Of a stretch of DNA of 64,000 nt, positions 48,783 to 59,024 are shown piece after piece. The notes beneath the pieces were generated by a model. The model did not search any database. It was not told the DNA's origin and was given only the letters and a program-made list of their open reading frames with translations. The DNA lies in contig JAGAKS010000016.1 of the NCBI GenBank assembly GCA_017625465.1, positions 147,034-211,033 on the forward strand, given 5' to 3'. The position numbers and the translations under genes are program-made. Source of the DNA: Clostridia bacterium. Its GTDB lineage: Bacteria > Bacillota > Clostridia > TANB77 > CAG-508. How positions within the stretch are numbered: the first letter of the stretch is position 1; the number at the start of each line of letters is the position of its first letter.

Positions 48783-50891
48783 TTATCTACCTATCTTTTT
48801 ACAATATTTTTCAAACATTGCTGCAGCTTCAGCTCTGGTTGCTGTACCTTTTGGATTCAAAGTCTTATCTTCATTGCCAGTAATTACGCCAGCTCCTACT
48901 GCCCATTTCATTTGATTTAATGCATAATTTGATACACTACTTTTATCTTTAAATGAATTTAACTCATTTATATGCCAGGTTGATTTTCCTTTATATTTAG
49001 CATAATTATATAATATTATAGCTAAATCTTGTCTAAGTACACTATCACCTGCACCAAAAGTACCGTTTTCATATCCATTAACAATTTTATTATCTGTTGC
49101 CCATTTTACTGCTTTATAATAGTATTTACGATTATCTTGAACATCTGGGAACTTTGGTGTTCCATTAACTGTAGGCTCACCTTCCATTCTATAAAGAATT
49201 GTTACTAACATCCCTCTTGAAAGCTCATTGCCTGGTACAAAAGTTGTTTTTGATGTTCCTGTAATTATGTAGTTTTTACTACAATATTTTACTGCTTCAT
49301 AATACCAACTATCTGGTGCTACATCTGTAAAAGATAAATCTGTTGTCTTTACATAATATACACCCTTAACACCCGTACCATCTTTAGCTGTAGCTGTTAT
49401 TGTAGATTTTCCAAGAGCTTTTCCTGTTACATTTCCAGAAGCATCTACTGTTGCAACATTTGTATCACTACTACTCCATGTTACATTTTTATTTGTTGCA
49501 TTACTTGGAGATACATTAGCTGTTAATTTTGTAGTTGTACCCAAAGGTACAATTGAATTTCCAGTTATATTTATTGAACTTACTAAAGTTCTATCTATAT
49601 ATTCATTTGGTGTTGAACTACCAGAATTACTTCCTTGTCCTATTGTTTGTATGAAATTTCTAGCAACATAACCTGTAAGACCTTTTCCATCAGTTCCATC
49701 AGCAATAACTAAGTCCCAGTAATATCCTCCACTTTGCACATTTCCTCTTGATAATACTTTTACATTTACTCCTTGTGCAATACTGCCTATGTGTGCAGAA
49801 GTTATATCTTGTCTTGAACGCACTTTTAATCCACCATTTGCTGTAACTTTTGCTATATCATAAGTTATTGAATTTACAGTAGCCGTACTAGGTCTTGATT
49901 GAGCTGTTACAGGCATATTAGTATATAAAGGAATTATAAAAGTATGGTTTCCAGTTATTTGCCCATTTATTTTATAGTTATCTCTTAATTTTCTTCCTTC
50001 ATTTTCAGCTGATAAAATACTTTGCGCATATTGATGTGAAAACAAACTTGGTTCATGTACTACATTAAATTTTTGATAATAACATGTGTTTTGTCCTCTA
50101 CCTATATACTCCTCTTTACAGAATTTTGCTCCACCTAAGATTGATAATCTTTTAGTTGTCCAACCTTCTTCTGCTGCTTTATTTGTACCATTTGTGATTA
50201 TAGCAGATATACTATTTCCATAAGCCTCAATATTAAAAAAATTATAATATGTAACACCATTTTTTACAACGCCATCACTTAAAGTAGAACCATCTCTACC
50301 ATGCTCTGTAAGCATTTTAGCAACTAAATAATAGCCATTTATGTTATATGCTTGGCTAGCCTCTACTATTGCTCTAGCACACTCCTCGTGATCTAAGAAA
50401 GTACCAGCAATAACTCTTACTACATCATCATAAGTAACATCTGGTGATTCTAAACTTTTAAATTGAAAAACACTATCATCAGAAATAGAATTTCTAGGAT
50501 CCATCATATATTTTAAAGCTTCCATTGAAGCACAACGTAAACTTCCATTATCATAAGATTTTGTGCCACAAACTGGGCAAAACCACATTCCAGAATATTT
50601 TTCGCCTACATTAAATAAATTTTTTGGAGAAGCACCATGCCCTTGATATTCACGAATTATCGCTTCATTCCAATCAATTCCTGTATTATAGAATTGAAAA
50701 TTATAACCTGAATGTGCATTTTTTAAATTATTAACCATACCAGAAATTCCTGGACACATTCTTTCTGCATCACTTATTGATACATATTGTCCTGCATTAA
50801 CAATATTTCCAAGCCCTTCAAAAGTTGATAATATTATATATAAAGACATTATTAAAATTAGAGTAATTGAAACTATTCTTCTTAATTTCAT
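48783..50891 (-). CDS. Secreted cell-wall hydrolase with a GH73-like glucosaminidase domain, an SH3b-like domain, a Big_2 domain and three C-terminal SLH repeats.
   Basis: A signal peptide is present. MLTEHGRDGS...YYNFFNIEAY resembles the GH73 catalytic region. VTWSSSDTNVATV indicates Big_2. There are three roughly 55-aa SLH motifs. Confidence 0.65.
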   Translation of the reverse strand: MKLRRIVSITLILIMSLYIILSTFEGLGNIVNAGQYVSISDAERMCPGISGMVNNLKNAHSGYNFQFYNTGIDWNEAIIREYQGHGASPKNLFNVGEKYSGMWFCPVCGTKSYDNGSLRCASMEALKYMMDPRNSISDDSVFQFKSLESPDVTYDDVVRVIAGTFLDHEECARAIVEASQAYNINGYYLVAKMLTEHGRDGSTLSDGVVKNGVTYYNFFNIEAYGNSISAIITNGTNKAAEEGWTTKRLSILGGAKFCKEEYIGRGQNTCYYQKFNVVHEPSLFSHQYAQSILSAENEGRKLRDNYKINGQITGNHTFIIPLYTNMPVTAQSRPSTATVNSITYDIAKVTANGGLKVRSRQDITSAHIGSIAQGVNVKVLSRGNVQSGGYYWDLVIADGTDGKGLTGYVARNFIQTIGQGSNSGSSTPNEYIDRTLVSSINITGNSIVPLGTTTKLTANVSPSNATNKNVTWSSSDTNVATVDASGNVTGKALGKSTITATAKDGTGVKGVYYVKTTDLSFTDVAPDSWYYEAVKYCSKNYIITGTSKTTFVPGNELSRGMLVTILYRMEGEPTVNGTPKFPDVQDNRKYYYKAVKWATDNKIVNGYENGTFGAGDSVLRQDLAIILYNYAKYKGKSTWHINELNSFKDKSSVSNYALNQMKWAVGAGVITGNEDKTLNPKGTATRAEAAAMFEKYCKKIGR

Positions 50892-51068
50892 ATTTTTCCT
50901 CCTTTTTAGTCATCATTTGCATTTTACTCTAATTAGTATATATGTATTTTCGACAAAAGTCAAACCTTTTTAAGCAGTATATTTATTAAATTTTCTCGAT
51001 TTTTAAAGAAAAAACTTACTAATTTTTACTAGTATTTGACATTATGCTTTTTTATTTTTATATGCAAC

Positions 51069-51120
51069 AAAAAAAGCAATGAATAATCATTACTTTTTCA
51101 TTTCGTTGGAGCTCTCAGCC
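51069..51120. repeat. Direct repeat A: a copy of the last 14 nt of tRNA-Thr plus its roughly 37-nt terminator, with 51/52 identity to 54661..54712.
   Basis: By-eye alignment gives AAAAAAGCAATGAATAATCATTACTTTTTCATTT[C/T]GTTGGAGCTCTCAGCC. Confidence 0.8.
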
Positions 51121-51304
51121 TTACTCAACAGCTTAGAAATATTGATTTCAAGCCTTTTTCATTTAAAAAAGGAGTAAATTGGGAGCAGTAATTATAATTT
51201 TTAATAATCCTATAAAATTTTGTATAGCTTTATTTATCATAATGTCATAAACATACATGTAATTTGTCTTATATTATAAAACTGTATTTTAATTATGTTA
51301 AATC

Positions 51305-51730
51305 TTAAAAAATATTAATTTCACTATCTAAAATCGTAGTAATAAATAAATCCATATCATTGTGCAATTCCTCTTTTCTTTCAATTACTTCCATTAAAGA
51401 ACTCTCTTGTAATTCGTGAACAATTTTATTTCTTAACACTCTTACAGCTTTTTCTCCTCTCTTGTCAGTTTTTGACCATAATCGTGTGAGTAATTTAGGA
51501 TTATTAAAATTTATTTCATAAAAAGAAATTGCTTTTTTAATATCATTTAAAGAACATGGTATTGTTTCTTCTTCATATTCCTCCCCTATTAAATCTAAAT
51601 ATTTTTTTATAATTTGTTTACAAATAATTTCACATTTAATATATTTCTCTAAAAATTCAAATACAACCGTTCTATTATTATCAGTATTTAAAATATTATT
51701 TGCTCTTTCAATTATTTTATTTATTTTCAT
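51305..51730 (-). CDS. Hypothetical protein of 141 aa with a possible HEPN-like Rx4H motif (RNKIVH).
   Basis: It is an ORF inside the tRNA-flanked islet. The motif is at VLRNKIVHEL. The assignment to HEPN is an inference. Confidence 0.4.
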   Translation of the reverse strand: MKINKIIERANNILNTDNNRTVVFEFLEKYIKCEIICKQIIKKYLDLIGEEYEEETIPCSLNDIKKAISFYEINFNNPKLLTRLWSKTDKRGEKAVRVLRNKIVHELQESSLMEVIERKEELHNDMDLFITTILDSEINIF

Positions 51731-52129
51731 TGTTACCTCATTTTTTATTCTTATATTAATCCGACAACTTACTATTTATCTATGCTAATTTATATCATAA
51801 AAGCACTCCTTTGACTAGTCATATTTATAAATATTATAAAGAGCTAAAAACTTCGCTCTTTTTATGATTTTATCTTTCTTTCAAATCTTTATATACTTGT
51901 CTTGCAAAAGCATATAATTCATAACTTTTTATCCATTTCAGCATCATGCAATAATACTTTTGCCATTTTTTCTTCAAGCATTTCTTATTTTCCCTTTTCT
52001 TTTAATTCTTCAAATAATAAATTGATTTTTAAAATTCCATAACTGATTATGTATTGAAAGTTTTACAGTTTAAGGATGCTAATATTATAAATTAAAAAAA
52101 GACAAATTTACAATACTCAAAATTAGAAA

Positions 52130-52969
52130 TTATACTTTAATACTATTATTCAATTTATTTTTTACATTATATAAAATAGCAAATACAATTCGCTTAGGAC
52201 TTGGTTTGTATAAACTATATTCTCCTAAATATTCTAATAATTTCTTTTCTTCGCACTCTATGTATAACATATTAACTGCATAGCTGATATTACTCTTTAT
52301 ATTACTTATTTTTTTATGATATTTTTCTGCAATAATAGGATAAATGTCAGTTTCTAAGTTAATATTACAATCATTTTCTAAATTATACGCTATATAAATT
52401 GTATCAATTAAATATGTAACTCCTCTATACGATATTGTTACATTTAAGTATTTTAATTCATTTTCTATTGCTTTTACTACAGCATTATTTCTTGTTAATG
52501 ATGAGTAAAAACTTTTTTCTATTATTTTGGTGGTAGCTAATTTATTCACAATATTACTAATTGTTTCCATATCATTTTGTATTTCTATAAACGCATATAC
52601 ATCTAAATTTTCTTTACTATTAATTAAATGTTGATTAGAAATTACTATGGTAGATTTCAAATAAAATTGTAGCATTTTGTTCTCTTCTAAAATTTTATAA
52701 TCGATAGAATCAGAGTTTATTAATATTATATCAATCGTAGTACTTTTACTAACGTCATATAATTCCTCCAATTCTGTAAGTAATCCAGCTACTCTTAAAT
52801 TATTATTTTTACTATTTAAAAAGTTAATTAAATATCTAGAATAATCAAAATCTTTGCTAATTATCACAATATTTATCATACTATAATCCTCCATATATAT
52901 ATTAGACTGTTTTTTATATAAAAAAAGTTGCAAAAAATTATATTTTTTTGCATTATTATTCATCGTCAA
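52130..52969 (-). CDS. Spo0A C-terminal-domain-like transcription regulator with a degenerate receiver-like N-terminal half.
   Basis: The C-terminal 110 aa align by eye to the Bacillus Spo0A_C domain. YLNVTISYRGVTYLIDTI corresponds to HIKGYLYLREAI, IYPIIAEKYHKK...AVNMLY corresponds to LYPDIAKKFNTT...AIEVAW, and KPSPKRIVFAIL corresponds to KPTNSEFIAMVA. Confidence 0.6.
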   Translation of the reverse strand: MTMNNNAKKYNFLQLFLYKKQSNIYMEDYSMINIVIISKDFDYSRYLINFLNSKNNNLRVAGLLTELEELYDVSKSTTIDIILINSDSIDYKILEENKMLQFYLKSTIVISNQHLINSKENLDVYAFIEIQNDMETISNIVNKLATTKIIEKSFYSSLTRNNAVVKAIENELKYLNVTISYRGVTYLIDTIYIAYNLENDCNINLETDIYPIIAEKYHKKISNIKSNISYAVNMLYIECEEKKLLEYLGEYSLYKPSPKRIVFAILYNVKNKLNNSIKV

Positions 52970-53172
52970 AAATTATTAAAATATTTCAAATATATCGTTC
53001 TTATCTATCTAACTTGATAATCTAAAATAGAAATTATGGAATTCTCATCAAAAAAGCACCAAATTTAAGTTAATAAAAATTAGGAACAACATTAAAGTTG
53101 TTCCTAATTTTTATTAATTTAAATATGAAATTTAATAATAAAATATTCTTATTTATTTACAATTAAATATCT

Positions 53173-53643
53173 TTAATTATATGTATAAGAACCATAAGCA
53201 TTAACATTATAATCTTTATATATAGTCATATATATATATACAGTTGTATTGTTACTGCCTATTTCATTCGCTGTCCAACTAATAGATTGCATAGAATTGT
53301 TTGGTACGCTATATGTAGGTCCAATTACAGTTACTTTGTCACTTTTAAATAAACATACTTGCATAGTATATCCACTTGTTTGTGTTACATTTAATGTTAT
53401 TCCACCATTGCTTGAACGATTTACTTTTATTAGTTTTGAATGATTAAAAGTATAATTGAACGGAACAACAGCTCTTTCTCTTTCACTTATTGTTATTTCT
53501 TCTGGTGTTAAATATGGTATCATTTCTTGAGCATCTTCAACAATTGACATTTCTTCTGTTGCTTGGCAAGCAATTGGAAAATATATAATTGTTGTTAAAA
53601 TCATTACTACAGTAATTATTTTTTTTACAATATTCATACACAT
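53173..53643 (-). CDS. Small secreted protein of 156 aa.
   Basis: A signal peptide is present and the body is Ser/Thr/Asn/Tyr-rich. Confidence 0.45.
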   Translation of the reverse strand: MCMNIVKKIITVVMILTTIIYFPIACQATEEMSIVEDAQEMIPYLTPEEITISERERAVVPFNYTFNHSKLIKVNRSSNGGITLNVTQTSGYTMQVCLFKSDKVTVIGPTYSVPNNSMQSISWTANEIGSNNTTVYIYMTIYKDYNVNAYGSYTYN

Positions 53644-53865
53644 TTACCTCCTAAAATTTTAAGAATATTTTATCACAATATTATGATATCAAAAATAATA
53701 ATATTAGTATCAAAAAGATAAAAAAGTTTCAAAAGTTGTAAAAGTTTAAAAATACAAATATTTAAATTTATAAAAAGCATCTATATTTGTTGAAAAGAAA
53801 AATAGTTATATGATATAATAATTAAAAATGTTTATGTCTTGAATTAAACTCAAAAGGGGGATTTT

Positions 53866-54564
53866 ATGAAAAAATTTATATGTTCAATTATTATTTTAAT
53901 TATTTTGTCAATTACTTTTTTGACCATTCGAGAAATAAAAATTAATACACATGAAAAAATAGATAATTCTATGACAATGTCTCAAGATGATGTGTTAGAA
54001 TTACTAAAAAAAGGAGCTACATATAATAATTATTCTAGAACACGAATAAATAATGAAAGTAAAGAAGAACTGTTCTATAAAGATGGTATTTTAGCTTCTT
54101 ATTTAGATTCTAAAATTCAATACTGGATGAACTTATCTAATGAAAACAAGGAAATGATACTATTTAATAATGAAACAGCATCCATTATCGAGGATTTTGA
54201 AAATATCGAATTTTCAAACGAGTTTTCTCAATTAGGATATTATATTGCTATATTTGATACAAATAATTTCAATTTTGAATATATTGGAAAAACAACTATA
54301 AATGGTAGAACTACTATTATTGCAAAAAGTGTTTCAAAAGATAATAATTTTTCTAAAATGGAATTAAAATATTATATTGATGAACTTACAGGAGTAGTTA
54401 TAAAAAGAATTAATACTTTTAAATTTCTATGTATAACAAAACAAACTCAAAGTTTTGATAGAGGAATAAAATTTGACAATGTTACAGATGAGCAAATAAG
54501 AAAACCAAACTTAAATGATTATGAAATTGATACATCTCATTTTCCATCTTTAGAAATATGGTAA
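53866..54564 (+). CDS. Secreted or membrane-anchored hypothetical protein of 232 aa.
   Basis: An N-terminal signal anchor is present. RBS GGGGGA precedes the ATG. Confidence 0.5.
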   Translation: MKKFICSIIILIILSITFLTIREIKINTHEKIDNSMTMSQDDVLELLKKGATYNNYSRTRINNESKEELFYKDGILASYLDSKIQYWMNLSNENKEMILFNNETASIIEDFENIEFSNEFSQLGYYIAIFDTNNFNFEYIGKTTINGRTTIIAKSVSKDNNFSKMELKYYIDELTGVVIKRINTFKFLCITKQTQSFDRGIKFDNVTDEQIRKPNLNDYEIDTSHFPSLEIW

Positions 54565-54660
54565 AAAGGTACTTATAAGTACCTTTTTTATCTTTCTTTT
54601 AAATCTACATATATTTGTTATGCTAAATGATAATTCTCATGAATAGTTTTAAAACAAAAT

Positions 54661-54712
54661 AAAAAAGCAATGAATAATCATTACTTTTTCATTTTGTTGG
54701 AGCTCTCAGCCA
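54661..54712. repeat. Direct repeat B: the tRNA-Thr 3' end plus terminator, the partner of 51069..51120.
   Basis: See repeat A. Confidence 0.8.
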
Positions 54713-54773
54713 GAATCGAACTGGCGACCCCAGCCTTACCATGGCTGTGCTCTACCTACTGAGCTATGGGAGC
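54698..54773 (-). tRNA. tRNA-Thr (anticodon GGU) with an encoded CCA.
   Basis: A hand fold gives D-arm GCTCAGTAGGTAGAGC, anticodon loop ATGGTAA, T-arm GCCAGTTCGATTCTGGC and acceptor GCTCCCA/TGAGAGC with one C-A mismatch. Confidence 0.75.
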
Positions 54774-54782
54774 ATACCCCAA

Positions 54783-55433
54783 TTACTCAAAAAATTCTCC
54801 ATTTTCTAAAAATTTAACAGCTTTTTTTCTAATTCTTTGAATTGCATTATCAACAGATTTTATTGGTGTATCTAATTTTGATGCGATATCATTATAGCTT
54901 TCACCTTGTATATATCTATTTAAAACTTGTTTTTCAAAAGAACTTAGACTTTCATCTATTTTACTTTCTACAAATTCTAAATATTCTTTTTTAGTAATAG
55001 TATCTAATGGATCTTCTACTGTTTTAGTATCTAAAACATCCATAACAGTTGTATCATCATTTTCCTCATAGGCTGACAAGTTAAGTGAAAAAGATGAATT
55101 AAGCGGTATGTGTTTTTGCCTATTTGAACTTTTTATTGCTGTAATCAATTGTCTTTCAATACATAAATTTGCAAAAGTTTTAAAAGAATTTTGTTTTTCT
55201 CCATCATAAGATTTTATGGCTTTATAAAGGCCAATTAATCCTTCTTGTGCCATATCTTCTTTTTCAGCACCTATAATGTAAAACTTATTTGCTTTCATAT
55301 TAACAATGTCTTTATATCTTTCAAATAAACATGCTTGAGCATACTTATCCCCTGTTTTAATTTTTTCAACAAGTTCTTCGTCTGTATTATTTTCGTATTT
55401 ATTTGCAAAAGAATATAATTCTTTGTTTTGCAT
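54783..55433 (-). CDS. sigH: RNA polymerase sporulation sigma factor sigma-H.
   Basis: Sigma-70 regions 2 and 4 are present (DMAQEGLIGLYKAIKSYD and YNDIASKLDTPIKSVDNAIQRIRKK). A 217-aa form begins at MQNKELY after RBS AGGAGGT, so the ORF-track 5' extension is rejected. Confidence 0.8.
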   Translation of the reverse strand: MQNKELYSFANKYENNTDEELVEKIKTGDKYAQACLFERYKDIVNMKANKFYIIGAEKEDMAQEGLIGLYKAIKSYDGEKQNSFKTFANLCIERQLITAIKSSNRQKHIPLNSSFSLNLSAYEENDDTTVMDVLDTKTVEDPLDTITKKEYLEFVESKIDESLSSFEKQVLNRYIQGESYNDIASKLDTPIKSVDNAIQRIRKKAVKFLENGEFFE

Positions 55434-55545
55434 AAGTTTACCTCCTGCTGAATATATGCCTATTATATTGAGAAAAGTCACTGATGTCAATAGGTTTCGT
55501 AAAATTAATAAAAAAAAGAAGACTATTCCTAGTCTTCTTTGACAA

Positions 55546-57087
55546 TTATTTTGCATAATCAATAACACGAGATTCTCTAATAACGTTTACTTTGATTTGT
55601 CCTGGATATTCCATTTCATTTTCAACACGTTTAGCAACTTCTCTAGCCATTATTACCATATCACTATCAGATACTTTATCAGGTTTAACGATAAGTCTTA
55701 CTTCACGACCTGCTTGAATTGCAAATGATTTTTCAACACCTTCAAATGAATCTGCAATTTCTTCTAGTTTCTCTAATCTCTTAATATAAGATTCTAAAGT
55801 TTCTCTTCTTGCACCTGGTCTTGAAGCTGATATTGCATCAGCAGCTTGTACAAGTACTGCTTCTAATGATTGAGGTTCGATATCTCCATGATGAGCTCCA
55901 ACAGCATTGATAACTAAATCTGATTCTTTGTATTTTTTTAATATATCAACACCAATTTCAACGTGAGTACCTTCCATATCATGGTCTAATGCTTTTCCTA
56001 TATCATGTAATAAACCAGCGCGTCTTGCTAATTTTGGATTTAAACCGATTTCATCAGCCATAATTCTAGCTAAATTTGAAACTTCGATTGAATGGTTTAA
56101 TACATTTTGTCCATAACTTGTTCTGTATTTTAATTTTCCTAGTAACTTGATTAAATCTGGATGTAAGTTGTTAACACCTGCTTCCATAACTGCTCTTTCA
56201 CCTTCTGATTTGATTTCAGCTTCAATTTCTTCTTTGGCTTTTTCAACCATTTCTTCAATTTTAGCTGGGTGAATTCTTCCATCATCAATAAGTTTTTCCA
56301 AAGTACGTTTAGCTACTTCTCTTCTTAATGGATCAAATCCAGATATGATAACTGCTTCAGGTGTATCATCTATAATTAAATCTATACCTGTTAATGTTTC
56401 AAGAGTTTTTATATTTCTACCCTCTCTACCAATTATTCTACCTTTCATTTCATCATTTGGAAGGGAAACAACTGAGACTGTTGTTTCAGAAGTATGGTCA
56501 GCTGCACATTTTTGAATAGCAAAACTTATAATTTCTCTTGCATTTTTTGTTGCTTCTTCTTTTGCTTTAGCTTCTAAGTCTTTGATTAAGCTTGCTTTTT
56601 CGTTTGAAATTTCTCTATCTAAGTCGCTTAATAATTGTGCTTTTGCTTGTTCTTCTGTTAAACCAGAAATACGTTGTAATTCTTCAAGCTCTTTTGCAAT
56701 TGCATGCTCAAGTTCTTGTTTTTTTCTTTCTGTTTCTGCGAATTTCTTTTCTAGTTCTTTTTCTTTTCCTTCAAAAATAAGAGTTCTTTTTTCTAAATTT
56801 TCTTCCTTTTGAATTAATCTCTTTTCTTGTACTTGAATGTCGCCTCTTCTTTCTTTAATCTCTTTATCTAATTCATTTCTAATTTGAAGAACTTCTTCTT
56901 TTGCTCTAATAAGCTCTTCTTTTTTTAAGTTTTCAGCTTCTAATTTAACACTTTCAATTAATCTGTTTGCTTCTCTTTCTGCACTTTGAATTTTTGATTC
57001 TGCAATTTTCTTTCTAATAAAAACACCAACTGGTATGAAAATTACAGCTGAGATTAGAATAGTGGCAACAATAATTAAAATTTGCAT
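55546..57087 (-). CDS. rny: Ribonuclease Y.
   Basis: An N-terminal TM helix, a coiled coil, a KH domain and an HD domain (HHGD...) are present. Confidence 0.9.
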   Translation of the reverse strand: MQILIIVATILISAVIFIPVGVFIRKKIAESKIQSAEREANRLIESVKLEAENLKKEELIRAKEEVLQIRNELDKEIKERRGDIQVQEKRLIQKEENLEKRTLIFEGKEKELEKKFAETERKKQELEHAIAKELEELQRISGLTEEQAKAQLLSDLDREISNEKASLIKDLEAKAKEEATKNAREIISFAIQKCAADHTSETTVSVVSLPNDEMKGRIIGREGRNIKTLETLTGIDLIIDDTPEAVIISGFDPLRREVAKRTLEKLIDDGRIHPAKIEEMVEKAKEEIEAEIKSEGERAVMEAGVNNLHPDLIKLLGKLKYRTSYGQNVLNHSIEVSNLARIMADEIGLNPKLARRAGLLHDIGKALDHDMEGTHVEIGVDILKKYKESDLVINAVGAHHGDIEPQSLEAVLVQAADAISASRPGARRETLESYIKRLEKLEEIADSFEGVEKSFAIQAGREVRLIVKPDKVSDSDMVIMAREVAKRVENEMEYPGQIKVNVIRESRVIDYAK

Positions 57088-57290
57088 AATTATTTACCTC
57101 TTTTCTATTAAATTTTCAATGTACAAATAAATTATTTTATAAGCATTTCCTAATTATATAATTTATATTGTATTTTTTCCTATGATATTATTTTATATGT
57201 ATTTATTCAAACTGTCAAGTGTTTTTAAAGCAAAAACGGACTAGAATGGCATTTTATGCCTTTCTAATCCATTTTATTTAACTTTTTTAA

Positions 57291-58172
57291 TTATGCTCTT
57301 GGATGAGCTTTATTATATATATCTTTTAAATTTTCTTTTTGAAATTGCATATATACTTGTGTTGAAGAAATATCAGAATGTCCAAGCATTGATTGAACAG
57401 CTTTTATTTCTGCACCATTTTGTAAAAGATGTGTTGCAAATGAATGTCTTAAAACGTGTGGTGTAATGTCTTTTGAAATATGTGCTTGTTCTTTATAAAA
57501 TTTAACAATTTTCCAAAAACCTTGTCTTGTAAGTCTTTTACCATTTACATTAACAAATAAAGCTTCTGTTTTATCATCTTTTATTAAAATTGGTCTAGCT
57601 TTTTCAATATATTCTGTTAATGCTTTCATTGAAATTGAACCTAATGGAATGTTTCTCTTTTTGAAGCCTGTATCACAAACAACAAAAGATTCTTTCATAT
57701 TAACATCAGAAATATTTAAAGAAATAATTTCAGTAACTCTCATACCTGTAGCATACGCAAATTCTAACATTGCCTTATCTCTAATACCTTTTAAATCTAC
57801 ATTGCTTGGTTGTTCTAATAAAAGCTCTACTTCTTTTGCTGTTAATATGCTAGGAACTTTTTTCTCAACTTTTGGTGATTGAACTCCAATAGTTGGATCT
57901 TTTTTTATTTTTTTAGTTTTTACTAGAAATGTATAGAAAGATCTAATAGTAGCTAAATTTCTAGATATTGTTGAAGTTTTTTTGTTAAGTTTTTTTAGAT
58001 GTTCAAAATATTTATCTATATCATCACTATCTACTTTTAGATAGTTAATTTTATTTTCTTCAATGTATTCTTGATATTGCAATATATCTCTTTTGTAAGA
58101 TTGTAAAGTATTGTTAGATAATTTCTTATCGTTTTCCAAAAAGTCTAAAAATAGTTTGATTTGTTTTTCCAT
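57291..58172 (-). CDS. xerD: Tyrosine recombinase XerD.
   Basis: C-terminal R..HxxR..Y catalytic residues are present (HVLRHSFATHLL...TQVY). It is linked to spoIIM as in many Clostridia. Confidence 0.8.
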   Translation of the reverse strand: MEKQIKLFLDFLENDKKLSNNTLQSYKRDILQYQEYIEENKINYLKVDSDDIDKYFEHLKKLNKKTSTISRNLATIRSFYTFLVKTKKIKKDPTIGVQSPKVEKKVPSILTAKEVELLLEQPSNVDLKGIRDKAMLEFAYATGMRVTEIISLNISDVNMKESFVVCDTGFKKRNIPLGSISMKALTEYIEKARPILIKDDKTEALFVNVNGKRLTRQGFWKIVKFYKEQAHISKDITPHVLRHSFATHLLQNGAEIKAVQSMLGHSDISSTQVYMQFQKENLKDIYNKAHPRA

Positions 58173-58282
58173 TGCTCTTAATTCTCCAATCTATACATTT
58201 ATTAAAAATCTCATGCAAATTTATTAAATTTACATAAGACATATATTATATATATCAAATTACTTTCAAAAAGTAAAGCTTT

Positions 58283-58936
58283 TTACACAAATTTTTTCAA
58301 AAAAATCAATATGTTTGTAGACAGATATACTTCTAATATGCTTGATATAACGACCAAAGCCATTGAAATTAACATAATTACCGTATGTCTTAGTAATTCC
58401 TGTTTTACGTTAATTAAATTTTTAGTAATTCTTATGTAAAGTTTTATACCACTTTCTGCTAAAATAAAAATAGCTGGAATAAATAAAATGTTTTGAATCA
58501 GAAGTGACGAAAATACAAATATGCTCCCGCTCTTAGCACCTAAACTTATAATAATTGCAGAAATGGTATATCCCAAAGAAAAGCCTTTGTATAAAATGCA
58601 AAAATACACAAAAATACTGCCTATTATTGTACATCCTAAAAACCATATTATCAAAACAAATATAACATTTTGCTTTATGCTTTTTAATAAACAATCTAAC
58701 ATATTTACATTTTCTGCACTTTGCAAATTTTCTCTTATTGAATTTATGTAAGAATTAATTTCTAATAATCCATTTTCGTTAGTATGATTTATTACAAAAA
58801 TTCCTAATAGCATTCCTACAAAAAACACAATTAAAATAATGAAAAAATTCTTTTTATTACTTAATAGATAGTTATATAATACACTCTTTCCTCTCATCTT
58901 ATTACCTTTCACCTTTGTAAAGTCTATTCGTTGCAT
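58283..58936 (-). CDS. spoIIM: Stage II sporulation protein M.
   Basis: A polytopic membrane protein of the right size with a SpoIIM-like topology. Confidence 0.65.
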   Translation of the reverse strand: MQRIDFTKVKGNKMRGKSVLYNYLLSNKKNFFIILIVFFVGMLLGIFVINHTNENGLLEINSYINSIRENLQSAENVNMLDCLLKSIKQNVIFVLIIWFLGCTIIGSIFVYFCILYKGFSLGYTISAIIISLGAKSGSIFVFSSLLIQNILFIPAIFILAESGIKLYIRITKNLINVKQELLRHTVIMLISMALVVISSILEVYLSTNILIFLKKFV

Positions 58937-59024
58937 ATTAGAAAAAGAACTATTTATTAACTATTTTCATAATATATTGTCTTAAAATATTGATAAAATT
59001 CAAATTTTTAATTATAATAATCTT

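Noticed and set aside
51037-51066. Plus-strand promoter-like TTGACA-17-TATATG just upstream of repeat A.
   Set aside because: No plus-strand gene lies downstream, since the next ORFs are on the minus strand. It is probably a fortuitous match in AT-rich DNA, or part of the SLH-hydrolase upstream region read on the wrong strand.
55434-55568. A 5' extension of sigH in the ORF track ([19 protein letters not shown]...).
   Set aside because: A hydrophobic extension is implausible for a sigma factor. RBS AGGAGGT precedes the internal ATG, giving a canonical 217-aa sigma-H.
57291-58172. XerD considered as the missing integrase of the tRNA-Thr islet.
   Set aside because: It lies 2.5 kb outside the repeats, beyond sigH and rny. 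It is in the conserved xerD-spoIIM chromosomal arrangement and is more likely the housekeeping dimer-resolution recombinase. The possibility is left open in the finding.
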